Shown piece by piece: positions 1 to 13,039 of a stretch of DNA of 64,000 bases; the stretch's first letter is position 1, and every line of letters starts with the position of its first letter. This DNA comes from Acidimicrobiia bacterium (lineage in GTDB: Bacteria > Actinomycetota > Acidimicrobiia > Spongiisociales > ZC4RG35), in assembly GCA_035281645.1 (NCBI GenBank), contig DATEDN010000145.1, positions 1,684-65,683 of the forward strand. The letters run 5' to 3'. The notes below the pieces were generated by a model. The model did no database searches and had not been told where the DNA came from. It saw nothing but the letters and a program-made list of their open reading frames with translations. The position numbers and the translations under genes were made by a program.

Positions 1-859
1 TTACAACTTCGTCGCCTACGGGGTCGATTCCGTTACCGAGATGATCGACATGGCCGAGGTGGAGCGACTCGCCAAGGAGCATCGGCCCAAGATCGTCCTC
101 GCCGGCTACTCCGCCTATTCCCGCCGACTCGACTACGAAGGATTCCGGCGTATCGCCGATGACATCGATGCCATCTTCATGGTCGATGCAGCTCATTTCA
201 TTGGTCTCGTGGCGGGTGGGGCTTACCCGAGCCCGGTCCCGCATGCCGATGTCGTCACCGCGACCACCCACAAGGCCTTGCGCGGCCCCCGCGGCGGCAT
301 GATCCTTGCCAAGTCGAAATTTGCAGCCGACATCGACAAAGCGGTCTTCCCGAATGCGCAAGGTGGCCCAATCATGAGCCAGATCGCCGCCAAAGCCGTT
401 TGCTTCCAGGAAGCTGCCACCCCCGCCTTCGACGAGTACGCCCATCAGATCGTGCGCAATGCCAAAGCGATGGCCAACCAGATCCAGGAGGAAGGGGTGA
501 GGGTGGTCTCAGGAGGCACGGACAACCATCTCTTCCTGATCGACCTGCGCTCCGTCGACGAAGAGCTGACCGGGAAGGAGGCCGCTGGCCGACTCGACCG
601 GGTCGGCATCACCCTCAATTTCAACACCATTCCCAACGATCCACGCCCCCCGTATCGCGCCTCGGGGCTCAGGATCGGAACCCCGGCCATGACGACGATG
701 GGGATGAAAGAGGGGGAGGCGGAGGAGATCGCCAGCCTCATCGCTCAGGCCCTGCGGGCTGGGGAGGACGAGGCGGAGCTGTCGGTGGTGGAAAAGCGTG
801 TCCGAGATCTGGCCCAGACCTTCCCTCCCTACCCGTCCGACTTCTCGGGTCACGTTTGA
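1..859 (+). CDS. glyA: Serine hydroxymethyltransferase, C-terminal part (5' end lies outside window)
   Basis: Frame is open to the window edge, stop TGA at 857-859. Translation contains VVTATTHKALRGPRGGMILAK (PLP-lysine THK region) and an SHMT-like C-terminus. Confidence 0.93.
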   Translation, partial: YNFVAYGVDSVTEMIDMAEVERLAKEHRPKIVLAGYSAYSRRLDYEGFRRIADDIDAIFMVDAAHFIGLVAGGAYPSPVPHADVVTATTHKALRGPRGGMILAKSKFAADIDKAVFPNAQGGPIMSQIAAKAVCFQEAATPAFDEYAHQIVRNAKAMANQIQEEGVRVVSGGTDNHLFLIDLRSVDEELTGKEAAGRLDRVGITLNFNTIPNDPRPPYRASGLRIGTPAMTTMGMKEGEAEEIASLIAQALRAGEDEAELSVVEKRVRDLAQTFPPYPSDFSGHV

Positions 860-955
860 GATCGCTCGCTTTTCTGTGGGCCATTAGGGACGCTGCACGT
901 ACCCAACGACCCTGGGTCGCGAGTTGGTGCTAGAGTTTGTGAAAAGATTCACAAG

Positions 956-1207
956 ATGAGCGACACCGACAGCCGCCCACCAACAAGGAAGCCGGAGAGC
1001 AACGACTCGGCTCAGGGGTGGGCCATGTCCGGGTCCTTCTTGGGATCGATCCTCTCCGGCACCCTGCTCGGCTATCTCGCCGATCTGTGGCTCGATACCC
1101 GTCCTTGGCTGGTGGTGGTGGGCATCCTGGCCGGCTCCTATGCGGGGTTCATGACCATGTGGCGGCAGTCAAAGACCATCGATTCGATCGAACGGCGGCG
1201 TCCATGA
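956..1207 (+). CDS. AtpZ/AtpI-family small membrane protein (putative ATP synthase accessory protein)
   Basis: 83 aa with two hydrophobic helices (FLGSILSGTLLGYLADLWL and WLVVVGILAGSYAGFMTMW). First gene of the atp cluster. Confidence 0.72.
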   Translation: MSDTDSRPPTRKPESNDSAQGWAMSGSFLGSILSGTLLGYLADLWLDTRPWLVVVGILAGSYAGFMTMWRQSKTIDSIERRRP

Positions 1208-1613
1208 AGCCGGCACCACCCTCGGCCGCGGTTCCGGTCGAAGCGATCATGGCCCGCCACATGATTTCCCGGGCGGTCTTCTTGGTGCTGCCAGTCGTCG
1301 GCCTTGGCTGGCTACTGGCGGGGAGTGAAGGCGCACTCGCTGCCACTCTCGGTCTGGCCGTGGTGGTGATCAACTTCTACTTGGCGGGGAAGGTCCTCAG
1401 CCTGGCGATTCGCCACTCGCTCACTATGTATCATGCCGCCGCCCTGGTCGGCTTCGTTCTTCGTATGGCCCTCATCGCCGGAACGATGCTGTTGGTGGTG
1501 CGCTTTTTCGAGATCGACAGGGTGGCGTTCGGAATCTCGGCTGTGGTCTGCTACCTGGTGCTGGTCACGCTGGAAGCGATCGCGGTGATGCGGGGGCGAG
1601 AAAGGAATCTGGA

Positions 1614-1626
<13 letters not shown>
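1204..1626 (+). CDS. atpI: ATP synthase protein I-like membrane protein
   Basis: ATG at 1204 overlaps the TGA of the preceding ORF (ATGA). About 140 aa with four hydrophobic segments, immediately upstream of atpB. The ORF-track start at 1018 was rejected because it overlaps atpZ. Confidence 0.62.
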
Positions 1627-2682
<1,056 letters not shown>

Positions 2683-2692
2683 GAGGTCTTCG

Positions 2693-3241
2693 GTGTCAAC
2701 GCGTTTGTGGGTGACGATCCTGGCCCAGGAAGAGGCCGAAGCAAGCTCCAACGTTTCCTTGGTCCTGCCCGAGACCAACGAGCTGATCGCGGGCATCGTT
2801 GCGTTCCTCATCGTTTTCTTCTTCGTGTGGAAATGGGCCATACCTGCCATTAATCGCACGCTCGAGGCCCGGCAGAAGGCGATCACCGGGAAGCTGGAAG
2901 ACGCCGAGCGGGCCAAGAACGAGGCGGAGAATCTGCGCAAGGACTACGAGCAGCAAATGGCCGATGCCCGCAGCAAGGGAAACGCCCTGATTGAAGAGGC
3001 CCGCAAGTCTGCCGAGGCGATGAAGGCCGACATGATCGCCCGCGCCCAGGCCGAAGCCGATGGCATCGTTACCAAGGCGCGGGAGGAAGCGGCCGAGGAA
3101 AAATCCCGAGCCTTGGGCGAAGCCCGCCGAGAGGTGGCCAACCTGTCGATCGATCTGGCTGAAAGAGTGGTGGGAAAGAACCTCGACCGAGAGACCCAGC
3201 TAGGGCTGGTGGATCAGTACATCGCCGAGTTGGAGAAGTAG
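2693..3241 (+). CDS. atpF: ATP synthase F0 subunit b
   Basis: GTG start after SD AGGAGG. One N-terminal TM helix (LIAGIVAFLIVFFFVW) followed by a long charged helix. Position in operon fits. Confidence 0.9.
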   Translation: MSTRLWVTILAQEEAEASSNVSLVLPETNELIAGIVAFLIVFFFVWKWAIPAINRTLEARQKAITGKLEDAERAKNEAENLRKDYEQQMADARSKGNALIEEARKSAEAMKADMIARAQAEADGIVTKAREEAAEEKSRALGEARREVANLSIDLAERVVGKNLDRETQLGLVDQYIAELEK

Positions 3242-3784
3242 ATGAGGGATTCCGTGGGTCGGACCGAGGGATGGGCCCGAGCAATCTTCGACCTTGCCTC
3301 GGCCGAAGGCGAACTCGAGAGAGCCGAGCGCGATCTCTTCACCATTGCCCGCGCCGTCAATGAATCGAACGATTTGCGCGATGCCCTCACCAACCCTCAG
3401 CTGCCGGTTGATCGCAAGCAAGGGATCATCGACGACCTCGTCGGGGGACGCGCCTCCGATTTGATTCGAGGTTGGATTTCATTCCTCATTTCCCAAGGCC
3501 GGGCTTCCGATCTGCCCGCCATTGTCGATGCGTTTATCGAGCAGGCGGCTGCATCCCGCTCGCGAGCGGTGGCGGAGATTCGGTCTGCGATCCCTCTCGA
3601 TAAGGCCACAGTGGATCGCCTGGTCGCCGCGCTGTCGCGGGCGACCGGAAAGCAATTGGACGTGAAGACTGTGGTGGACCCGGATCTGATCGGGGGAGTC
3701 GTAGCTCAAGTGGGCGATGTGGTGATTGATGGTTCCGTCGCCCGACGGTTGACCGATCTCCGACAGGCACTCCGAGCCGGATGA
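3242..3784 (+). CDS. atpH: ATP synthase F1 subunit delta (OSCP)
   Basis: ATG directly follows the atpF stop. 180 aa with C-terminal [25 protein letters not shown] typical of delta. Confidence 0.88.
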   Translation: MRDSVGRTEGWARAIFDLASAEGELERAERDLFTIARAVNESNDLRDALTNPQLPVDRKQGIIDDLVGGRASDLIRGWISFLISQGRASDLPAIVDAFIEQAAASRSRAVAEIRSAIPLDKATVDRLVAALSRATGKQLDVKTVVDPDLIGGVVAQVGDVVIDGSVARRLTDLRQALRAG

Positions 3785-5346
3785 GCGCTGATGGCAAAGG
3801 ACAAGGAATGGCTGAACTGACAATTACCCCCGACGACATCACTGCGTCGCTCCGCCAGCGACTCTCGGATTGGAAGCCGAGCCTCGAGCAGGAAACGATT
3901 GGCTATGTGACGTCGATCGCTGATGGCGTGGCCCGGGTCAAGGGACTGCCCAATGTGATGGCGTCCGAGTTGCTCGAATTTCCCGGGGGCTTGATCGGAG
4001 TAGCGCTCAACATCGACGAGGACGACCTCGGCGTGGTTCTGATGGGCGAGGCCTCACACATCGAAGAAGGGGCGAGTGTCAAACAGACCGGGAACGTGTT
4101 GTCGATCCCGGTAGGAGATGGGCTGCTGGGGCGGGTGATAGACCCCCTCGGCAACCCCATCGACGGCAAGGGCCCGATTGAATCGAGTGAGCGCCGCCTG
4201 CTCGAAGTGCAGGCCCCCTCCGTGGTTGAGCGCCAGCCGGTAAAGGAACCGCTCCAGACCGGCATCAAGGCAATCGACTCGATGACGCCGATCGGGCGCG
4301 GTCAGCGCCAGCTGATCATTGGCGACCGTCAGACCGGTAAGACCGCGATCCTCGTTGACACCATCATCAACCAGCGCCACAACTGGGGGACAGACAAGGC
4401 AGTCAAGTGCGTATATGTCGCCATCGGACAAAAAGCCTCGACCGTGGCGGAGGTAGTCGATGCCTTGGAGCGAGCCGGGGCGATGGAATACACGGTGATC
4501 GTCAATGCTTCCGCCTCCGACGCTGCCGCTTTGCAGATGTACGCGCCATATTCGGGCTCCGCCATCGGCCAGTACTGGATGTACAAGGGCGAGCACGCCC
4601 TGATCATGTTCGACGACCTCTCCAAGCAGGCCGTCGCCTACCGCGAGATCTCGCTTCTCCTCAGACGGCCCCCCGGACGAGAGGCCTACCCCGGGGATGT
4701 CTTCTATCTCCACAGCCGATTGCTCGAGCGCTGCGCCAAGCTCTCAGACGAGCTGGGTGGAGGATCGCTGACCGGGCTCCCGGTGATCGAAACCAAAGCC
4801 AACGATGTCTCCGCCTACATCCCCACCAACGTCATCTCGATCACCGATGGCCAATGCTTTCTCGAAACCGACCTCTTCTATCAAGGGATCCGGCCGGCGA
4901 TCAACGCCGGCATCTCCGTTTCCCGGGTGGGGGGCAACGCCCAGGTCCGGGCCATGCGCCAGATCGCCGGTCCCCTCCGGCTCAACCTGGCCCAGTTCCG
5001 CGAGCTGGCCGCCTTTGCCGAATTTGGTTCCGAACTCGATGCCACCTCGCTGGCGCAGCTCGAGCGGGGCCGGCGCGTGGTCGAGGTGTTGAAGCAGGGC
5101 CAATTCGCACCCGTTCCCGTGGCCCAGCAGATCATTTCCATTTACGCAGTCACCAACGGTTACATGGACAAGGTCCCAGTCGATGAGGTTCGCAACTTCG
5201 AATCGGGCCTTCGGCTCTTCGTCGAGGAGCGCTATGGCGACCTCCTCGATCAGATCAACGACACCGGAAATCTCGGTGACGAGGACCGTCTCAAGGCCGC
5301 CATTGCCGAGTTTGCCTCCGGATTCCAAGTCGGTAGCGGGGAGTAG
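3781..5346 (+). CDS. atpA: ATP synthase F1 subunit alpha
   Basis: ATGA overlap with the atpH stop. Walker [11 protein letters not shown] and overall alpha-subunit sequence (an alternative start is the Met of MAELTI). Confidence 0.97.
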   Translation: MSADGKGQGMAELTITPDDITASLRQRLSDWKPSLEQETIGYVTSIADGVARVKGLPNVMASELLEFPGGLIGVALNIDEDDLGVVLMGEASHIEEGASVKQTGNVLSIPVGDGLLGRVIDPLGNPIDGKGPIESSERRLLEVQAPSVVERQPVKEPLQTGIKAIDSMTPIGRGQRQLIIGDRQTGKTAILVDTIINQRHNWGTDKAVKCVYVAIGQKASTVAEVVDALERAGAMEYTVIVNASASDAAALQMYAPYSGSAIGQYWMYKGEHALIMFDDLSKQAVAYREISLLLRRPPGREAYPGDVFYLHSRLLERCAKLSDELGGGSLTGLPVIETKANDVSAYIPTNVISITDGQCFLETDLFYQGIRPAINAGISVSRVGGNAQVRAMRQIAGPLRLNLAQFRELAAFAEFGSELDATSLAQLERGRRVVEVLKQGQFAPVPVAQQIISIYAVTNGYMDKVPVDEVRNFESGLRLFVEERYGDLLDQINDTGNLGDEDRLKAAIAEFASGFQVGSGE

Positions 5347-5349
5347 CCA

Positions 5350-7696
<2,347 letters not shown>

Positions 7697-7697
<1 letters not shown>

Positions 7698-8017
7698 TGG
7701 CCAAGCCCTTCCGCGTCGACGTTGTTTCTCCCGAGGCCACCGTCTGGACCGGGGAGGCAAATTTCGTTCTCGCCCGCACCCCCGAGGGTGAGATCGGCAT
7801 CCTCGCCGACCACGAGCCCTTGCTCGCATCGCTCGTCACCTCGGCCGTGGAGGTGGAAGGCGTCGATGGCAGCCGAACGATCATCGGGGTCCACGGCGGC
7901 TTTCTCCAAGTGCTCGCCAACCAGGTGACCTTGCTCACCGATCGGGCACAGATCACCCAGGGAACCAAGGAGGATGCGGTCCGGGTGGCGACGGAGCTTG
8001 CGGAAGGGCCGAGCTAG
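7697..8017 (+). CDS. atpC: ATP synthase F1 subunit epsilon (short, 106 aa)
   Basis: ATG shares one nt with the atpD stop (TGATG). Beta-sandwich N-domain sequence (VVSPEATVWTGEANFVLARTPEGEIGIL...GGFLQV) followed by only about 20 further residues. Confidence 0.88.
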
Positions 8018-8032
8018 CGCGGGACGTTGCGG

Positions 8033-8054
8033 CCGAACGCCAGGCGGCGTTCGG
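8033..8054. terminator. GC-rich hairpin after the atp operon (9-bp stem CCGAACGCC/GGCGTTCGG, loop AGGC)
   Basis: Perfect inverted repeat read directly from the sequence, 16 nt after the atpC stop. No U-tract, so terminator function is inferred from position between convergent genes. Confidence 0.5.
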
Positions 8055-8061
8055 GCTGAGG

Positions 8062-8295
8062 TCAAATGACCGGTATCACCACGCAAGCCGGGGGCCGACA
8101 GGGGGTTGCGTTCGGGAGGGCTTGAAAGTGCGGTGCCAGCGCCATGTCGACCAGTACCACTACTAAGAGGGAAATGGCGAAGACCAGAAGGTCGGCCCAA
8201 CGTGGGGGGCCGGGCCGGAAGGCGTCAAGATCGTCGGTGGCTTTCTTGGCCGTAAGAAAACCGACTATGAAGATCAACCCCGATCCGACGAGCAA
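8062..8295 (-). CDS. Hypothetical small two-TM membrane protein
   Basis: TTG start with GGGAGG 12 nt upstream. Two hydrophobic helices (LVGSGLIFIVGFLTA and LLVFAISLLVVVLVDMALA). Lies downstream of the HD-GYP gene on the same strand. No recognisable family. Confidence 0.35.
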   Translation of the reverse strand: MLVGSGLIFIVGFLTAKKATDDLDAFRPGPPRWADLLVFAISLLVVVLVDMALAPHFQALPNATPCRPPACVVIPVI

Positions 8296-8357
8296 ACCCA
8301 GCGCAGCCTCCCTTTGACCAAATGTACCCCATCGTGGGCGGGTACAAAACAGATCGA

Positions 8358-9986
8358 TCAGGCGACGGTGACGATGACGGTGGCCGTGTCGCAGCTCCCG
8401 CCGGAAGTGCAGATCCTGTAAGTGAAGGTAACGGTGCCGGCGAAGGTGGCGTCGGCGGAATAATGAATTCTTCCGCTGCCCTTGACTTCGGCAATGCCAG
8501 ACGAGGGACCCTGTACCACCTGAAGCGTCGAGCGATCGTAAAGCCCGGAGTCGTTGTCGAGCACCCCGATGTTGATCTTCTCACTCGGCCGGGTGGCCGC
8601 CTGATCATCGTTGGCGACCAGGGCTCCCGGGGCTGTAGTGGTGGTGGAAGGGGTGGTTGGCGGCGCGGTTGCAGTCGTCGAGGGTGTGGTGGCGGATGTC
8701 GTTGTGGTTGTCGATGGCGGGGACGTGACCGTGGTTGTGGGCGCGGTCGTGGTCGTAGTGACCCCGGTGGTAGTGGTCGACCGAGGTGAGACAGATCCCT
8801 GGGCGGTCGGGCCTCCGTTACCGGCGCCCGCTGCGCCCTCATCGCCGATTTCGACTGCGTGATTGACCGGCGGACCCAGTCGATCCGGTAGCAGGTTGAG
8901 GCCCGACACCGGGATCAATCCTGAGCCGGCGGCAATGGTGACGGCACCGGCGGTGACCACTGTGGCGACATCCCTACCCAGCGCATGCAGCGGTCGGATG
9001 AACGGGAGATCTGCCAGCCCCCCGAGCGGACCGGTTATCCAGCGCAGTTTTCCGATCGAGAGCTCCATCAGGGCTCGGACCACGCGGGGATCGAACTGGG
9101 TGCCGGAGTTTCGGGCCACCTCGGCTCTGGCCTCGGAGTGGGAGAGCCGCTGTTGGTAGGAGCGACCGCTGACCATCACGTCGTAGGCGTCGGCCACCGA
9201 GACAATCCGAGCTCCGAGCGAGATGTCGGTTCCGGCCAGCCCGGCTGGGTACCCGGAGCCATCCCATCGCTCGTGATGATGCTCGATCGTCAATGCCCAT
9301 GGTCCGAGCCATTCTCGAATCGGGGATATGAGGCGCATCCCTTCCACCGGGTGCTCTTTGATCTTGGCGAATTCCTCCTCGGTCAGCCGACTGGGTTTGT
9401 TGAGTATCTCCGCCGGCACCGAGAGCTTGCCGATGTCGTGGAGGAGTGCCGCCCAGCGAAGCTTGTCCCGGTCGTCAGATGGAAGAGCCATTTCGGTAGC
9501 CAACAAGTCGGTGTACGCCCGGGTTCGCTCGGCGTGGCCCCGGGTTCGTCGGTCATGTTGGGAGATGGCTGCCACCAACGCCAGGATCACCTCAGTCGCT
9601 TCCGCCAGGTCGGTCTGACCCTCCTGGGTGGCTCGCTCGAGCCGCTGCTTGAGTTGGGCGACGTTCCCGGAGCGGAGAGCGAGCCCAAAACGGGAAGGAG
9701 TGCGGTCGGGGAACGCGAGGCTGAGATTGAGCAGCACTGACAGCGGCAACAGGCGACGGCTGAGGCGATCCGTGAGATGGGAGGCGAGCGTGGCCGCTCC
9801 GATCACCGCCCCCCACCATCCGATCACTCCCGAGAAGCCCATTGGGGGCTCGAGAATCGACCCCACCGTACGCGCAGCGAGAAAGCCCACCGCCAAGGGC
9901 GCCAGAAAGGCTATGGCCCGGACCGCAAAAGCAGCCAGGCGTCGTGATCGCCAGCGCTCCCCGGGCGCGTTTGAATCCAGGGTCAT
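8358..9986 (-). CDS. Membrane-bound HD-GYP domain phosphodiesterase with C-terminal Thr/Pro linker and cadherin/Big_9-like Ig domain
   Basis: HD-GYP motifs: LLHDIGKLSVP and HHERWDGSGYPAGL. Hydrophobic segments at about aa 17-40, 52-70 and 340-362. T/P run at aa 403-453. The C-terminal roughly 90 aa read ANDDQAAT...INIGVLDNDSG...GTVTFTYRI. Confidence 0.85.
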   Translation of the reverse strand: MTLDSNAPGERWRSRRLAAFAVRAIAFLAPLAVGFLAARTVGSILEPPMGFSGVIGWWGAVIGAATLASHLTDRLSRRLLPLSVLLNLSLAFPDRTPSRFGLALRSGNVAQLKQRLERATQEGQTDLAEATEVILALVAAISQHDRRTRGHAERTRAYTDLLATEMALPSDDRDKLRWAALLHDIGKLSVPAEILNKPSRLTEEEFAKIKEHPVEGMRLISPIREWLGPWALTIEHHHERWDGSGYPAGLAGTDISLGARIVSVADAYDVMVSGRSYQQRLSHSEARAEVARNSGTQFDPRVVRALMELSIGKLRWITGPLGGLADLPFIRPLHALGRDVATVVTAGAVTIAAGSGLIPVSGLNLLPDRLGPPVNHAVEIGDEGAAGAGNGGPTAQGSVSPRSTTTTGVTTTTTAPTTTVTSPPSTTTTTSATTPSTTATAPPTTPSTTTTAPGALVANDDQAATRPSEKINIGVLDNDSGLYDRSTLQVVQGPSSGIAEVKGSGRIHYSADATFAGTVTFTYRICTSGGSCDTATVIVTVA

Positions 9987-10031
9987 CCTGGAAGGAATAT
10001 CGGTCGAATGTGGCCGGCTTTGAGCCGCTAG

Positions 10032-10502
10032 CTACCGGTTCAGCGAATTCACGAACCTTGCGGCGGCGTCGTCGAAGCCACCTGCCACTCCCTTGACAAT
10101 CAGCGGAAAAAGCGCCGAGGAGAAGAACCCCTTGCTGGAGATCGAGAGTGATAACGCCACCCAGGTGGCGTCACCATCCGGCTCGAGGTCCACGGAAATC
10201 TCGCCCCTGACTTGGGTCGAATCGATTTGCATCACCATGCGCTTCTCTCTGATGACCGCGCTCCTGGTTGCAATTCCGAGATATTCGGAACCTCCCACGA
10301 TGATCACGAAGCGATAACCGAGCAACTCTCCGTTTTGGTCCAATCGCTCCTCGCTCAATCGCTCGACTCCACCGATCTCTGCCCAGGTCGACGGCAGCTG
10401 CAATTGCTTCCATACGCCTTCCACGTCGTCGGAGGCGCGCGCACGATGGAAGAATTGTTCGTGCGCCATCGGGTCACGATAATTCGAGGCCGCCCGAGTC
10501 AT
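10032..10502 (-). CDS. SRPBCC-superfamily (polyketide cyclase/CoxG-like) protein
   Basis: About 150 aa with sequence style typical of the SRPBCC fold (VEGVWKQLQLPSTWAEI..., C-terminal amphipathic helix). Start is ATG 10502 or ATG 10469. The family call is by eye only. Confidence 0.55.
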   Translation of the reverse strand: MTRAASNYRDPMAHEQFFHRARASDDVEGVWKQLQLPSTWAEIGGVERLSEERLDQNGELLGYRFVIIVGGSEYLGIATRSAVIREKRMVMQIDSTQVRGEISVDLEPDGDATWVALSLSISSKGFFSSALFPLIVKGVAGGFDDAAARFVNSLNR

Positions 10503-10514
10503 TAGCCTGGGTTC

Positions 10515-11066
10515 GTGACCCTCAGCGCCACGGACTTCCTTCGAGTTGCACTCGATCCACACCGACTGGCAGTGTTGGGATTAGCCGCCTCGGGTCCACT
10601 CGACATCGATGATGCCGCCTATCGACTATCGATCACAGTCGGTCAAGTACGGAGAGCAGTTAGTCGCCTCGTCGAGGCAGGTTTGCTCGATTCGAATCTG
10701 GCATTGAATCGACAGGCGCTCCGAGATCTCGCTGAGACACTCCCTGCCGAGGAAGCGGTATCTCCATTGGTTCTCGAAGGGCCGTGGTCTCAGGAAGAAA
10801 AGGACATTCTGGGTCGCTTCTTCGTCGGAACCCGGCTCACCGAAATTCCGGCCCCTCATGCCCGGAGGCGGGTCATCCTCGAAAGGCTGGCGCAGGAGTT
10901 CGAGGTGGGGTTGCGGTATTCGGAGAAAGAGGTGAACTCCCTCCTGCAAACCTTTCACCCTGATTACGCCGCTCTGCGAAGGTTTATGGTCGACGAGGGA
11001 TTTCTCTCCCGAGCCGACGGCAGCTACTGGAGGAGCGGAGGCAGAGTCGAGGTCGACATTGCCTGA
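10515..11066 (+). CDS. DUF2087-type putative transcriptional regulator
   Basis: GTG start. C-terminal block RRRVILERLAQEFEVGLRYSEKEVNSLLQTFHPDYAALRRFMVDEGFLSR matches the DUF2087 pattern. The N-terminus looks like a winged HTH. Confidence 0.68.
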   Translation: MTLSATDFLRVALDPHRLAVLGLAASGPLDIDDAAYRLSITVGQVRRAVSRLVEAGLLDSNLALNRQALRDLAETLPAEEAVSPLVLEGPWSQEEKDILGRFFVGTRLTEIPAPHARRRVILERLAQEFEVGLRYSEKEVNSLLQTFHPDYAALRRFMVDEGFLSRADGSYWRSGGRVEVDIA

Positions 11067-11082
11067 TCTGCGGTCGCTGCAG

Positions 11083-11715
11083 ATGACAACCGAGCTGTTC
11101 GAGTACGTCGTCTTGCACAGCAGTTCCGACCCCATTTATGGCCGTATCCGAGAGGAGACGATGCATTCGGCGGAACCTCAGGCGGGGATGCAAATCGGGG
11201 AGGATCAGTTCGCCCTTCTGACGCTTCTCACCCGCCTGGTGGGGGTCCGGTTTGCCATCGAGCTCGGAACCTTTACCGGCACGTCTGCCGCCGCCATCGC
11301 CAAGGGCCTAGTCCCTGGGGGACGGCTCCTCTGCTGCGATATCAGTGAAGAATGGACCGCGATCGCCCGTCGTCATTGGGAGCAAGCCGGCCTCTCCGAT
11401 CGAATCGAGCTCCGCATCGGTCCCGCCCTGGAGACGATCCGCGCTCTCGATGAGCCAGCGGTGGATCTGGTGTTTCTCGATGCCGACAAGGGTGGCTATG
11501 TCGATTACTACGAAGCCCTGATTCCAAAGTTGCGCTCGGGTGGCCTTCTCATCGCTGACAACACTCTTTGGAGCGGGAAAGTCGTCGACGAGAGCATCAG
11601 GGACCAAAACATCGATGGGATCCGGCGGTTCAACGATCTAGTGGCAAAAGACGCGCGTTGCGAGGTCGTCATGCTGGCAATCGGAGATGGCGTCACACTC
11701 TGCTTGAAGCGGTAG
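11083..11715 (+). CDS. Class I SAM-dependent O-methyltransferase (family 3, CCoAOMT-like)
   Basis: Motifs IELGTFTGTSAAAIA, VFLDADKGGYVDYYE and LLIADNTLWSG. ATG 11083 was chosen because the ORF-track start at 11059 overlaps the upstream gene. Confidence 0.85.
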   Translation: MTTELFEYVVLHSSSDPIYGRIREETMHSAEPQAGMQIGEDQFALLTLLTRLVGVRFAIELGTFTGTSAAAIAKGLVPGGRLLCCDISEEWTAIARRHWEQAGLSDRIELRIGPALETIRALDEPAVDLVFLDADKGGYVDYYEALIPKLRSGGLLIADNTLWSGKVVDESIRDQNIDGIRRFNDLVAKDARCEVVMLAIGDGVTLCLKR

Positions 11716-11726
11716 GGTCAGGATCT

Positions 11727-12194
11727 ATGGCAGATATCGAGTCTTGGATCAAGCGCATCGACGCGATCGAGGGACGGCTTCGGGCGCAGCTAGATCGTTC
11801 GGGAGGGACGACGGCGGCCGACGAAAGAACCGGGGAGACCTGGGAACGGGGACAGGTATGGGGTCATCTGGCCGAGTTCATCGCCTTCTGGACCGAACAG
11901 GCCGGAGACGTGATCGATGATTACCAAGGCGAGCCCGTCCCCTTTGGACGCAAGGGCGACAACTCCGCGCGCAACGCCGCCGTCGAGAGCGGGTTGGAGG
12001 TGCCTATCGCGACCCTCTGGGAGGAGGTCAAGTCCGATCTCGCCGAACTCCGTCGATTCCTCCTGGCGCTGCCCGAAGATTGGTCGTCGGCAGTGGGAAA
12101 CCAGGACGGTCGAGAGCTACGAGCCGAGGAGATCATCGAGCGAAGGCTCATCGCCCATCTCGAGGAGCACGCCGCCCAACTCGAAGCGATCTAA
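11727..12194 (+). CDS. DinB-family (mycothiol-dependent-enzyme-like) four-helix protein
   Basis: ATG at 11727. 155 aa containing WGHLAEFIAFW and IAHLEEHAAQL (His-containing helices typical of DinB/MDMPI_N). Confidence 0.58.
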   Translation: MADIESWIKRIDAIEGRLRAQLDRSGGTTAADERTGETWERGQVWGHLAEFIAFWTEQAGDVIDDYQGEPVPFGRKGDNSARNAAVESGLEVPIATLWEEVKSDLAELRRFLLALPEDWSSAVGNQDGRELRAEEIIERRLIAHLEEHAAQLEAI

Positions 12195-13039
12195 TGCCCG
12201 GGCTTCTTTGTTTCCATGCCCACCCCGACGACGAGGTGATCGGCACCGGAGGGATCCTCGCTCGCTACTCCCAAGCGGGGGAACAAGTGGTGGTGGTGAC
12301 GGCCACCGATGGTGCGGAAGGTGAGATCCACAACTACGACGATCCCGATTCGATCAAGGATCGTCTCAGCGACGTCCGGGCTGAAGAAATCCGGGATGCT
12401 CTCGCACTCCTCGGTGTCAAGCACCACGAGTTCTTGGGTTATCGGGACTCGGGGATGATGGGGACCGAAGCCAACCAACATGAAAATGCCTTTTGGCAAG
12501 CGGACCTTTTCGAAGCCACGAGGAAACTGGTTCGTCTCATTCGCCGGTATCAGCCCGAGGTGATGACGATCTACGACCCCTTTGGCGGCTACGGCCACCC
12601 CGACCATATACAGGTCCATCGGGTCGGTCTGGCCGCCTTCTTCGGCTGCCGCGACTTTGGTTGGTACCCACTCGAGGAAGGTGAGGAGGCCTGGGAGCCA
12701 CGCAAGCTTTACTGGGGAGCCTGGAGTCGCGGGCGTATGAAGGCGTACGCGCAGTATTTCGAGGATGCCGAGGATGCGGATCCCGAGGCGAGGGCGTGGT
12801 GGGAGAACCGGGGAATCCCCGATAGCGAAGTGTCGGCCATCATCGACGTCAGCGACTTCGCCAACCTCAAGATCGAGGCGCTGAAGGCGCACCGCAGCCA
12901 GATCCCTGCGGACTGGATGATGCTGCGGGTGCCCGAGGAGGCCCGCTCGGAAGTCTTTGCAAACGAGATTTTCCAGAGGGTCTTTTCGACCGTGGAGAGC
13001 CCATTGCCCGAGAGTGATCTCTTCGCCGGGCTGAGGTGA
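12194..13039 (+). CDS. PIG-L family N-acetylglucosaminyl deacetylase/amidase (Mca/MshB-like)
   Basis: ATG shares one nt with the preceding TAA (TAATG). Motif LLCFHAHPDDEVIGTGG and the second metal site GGYGHPDHIQVH. Confidence 0.85.
   Translation: MPGLLCFHAHPDDEVIGTGGILARYSQAGEQVVVVTATDGAEGEIHNYDDPDSIKDRLSDVRAEEIRDALALLGVKHHEFLGYRDSGMMGTEANQHENAFWQADLFEATRKLVRLIRRYQPEVMTIYDPFGGYGHPDHIQVHRVGLAAFFGCRDFGWYPLEEGEEAWEPRKLYWGAWSRGRMKAYAQYFEDAEDADPEARAWWENRGIPDSEVSAIIDVSDFANLKIEALKAHRSQIPADWMMLRVPEEARSEVFANEIFQRVFSTVESPLPESDLFAGLR

Noticed and set aside
939-952. Palindrome GTGAA-AAGA-TTCAC immediately upstream of the atpZ start.
   Set aside because: It has only 5-bp arms and is a single occurrence. 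It could be an operator or nothing, and support is insufficient to call a regulatory site.
8628-8780. Periodic ACC/ACG/CCG-rich stretches that look like tandem repeats or a degenerate array. Also at ~27000-27110, ~27860-27950 and 39921-39992, where the peptide AGExPATT occurs three times.
   Set aside because: All are in frame within lipoprotein or secreted-protein genes and encode Thr/Pro/Ser linkers. In 39921-39992 the peptide repeat is conserved while the DNA units differ at synonymous sites, so it is not recent slippage. There is no repeat-spacer organisation, so this is not CRISPR.
8225-8842. 205-aa Pro/Arg-rich ORF and an opposite-strand Gly/Val-rich ORF across the HD-GYP 3' region.
   Set aside because: They are alternative readings of the Thr/Pro-linker coding repeat. 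The HD-GYP frame is continuous and has coherent domain structure.
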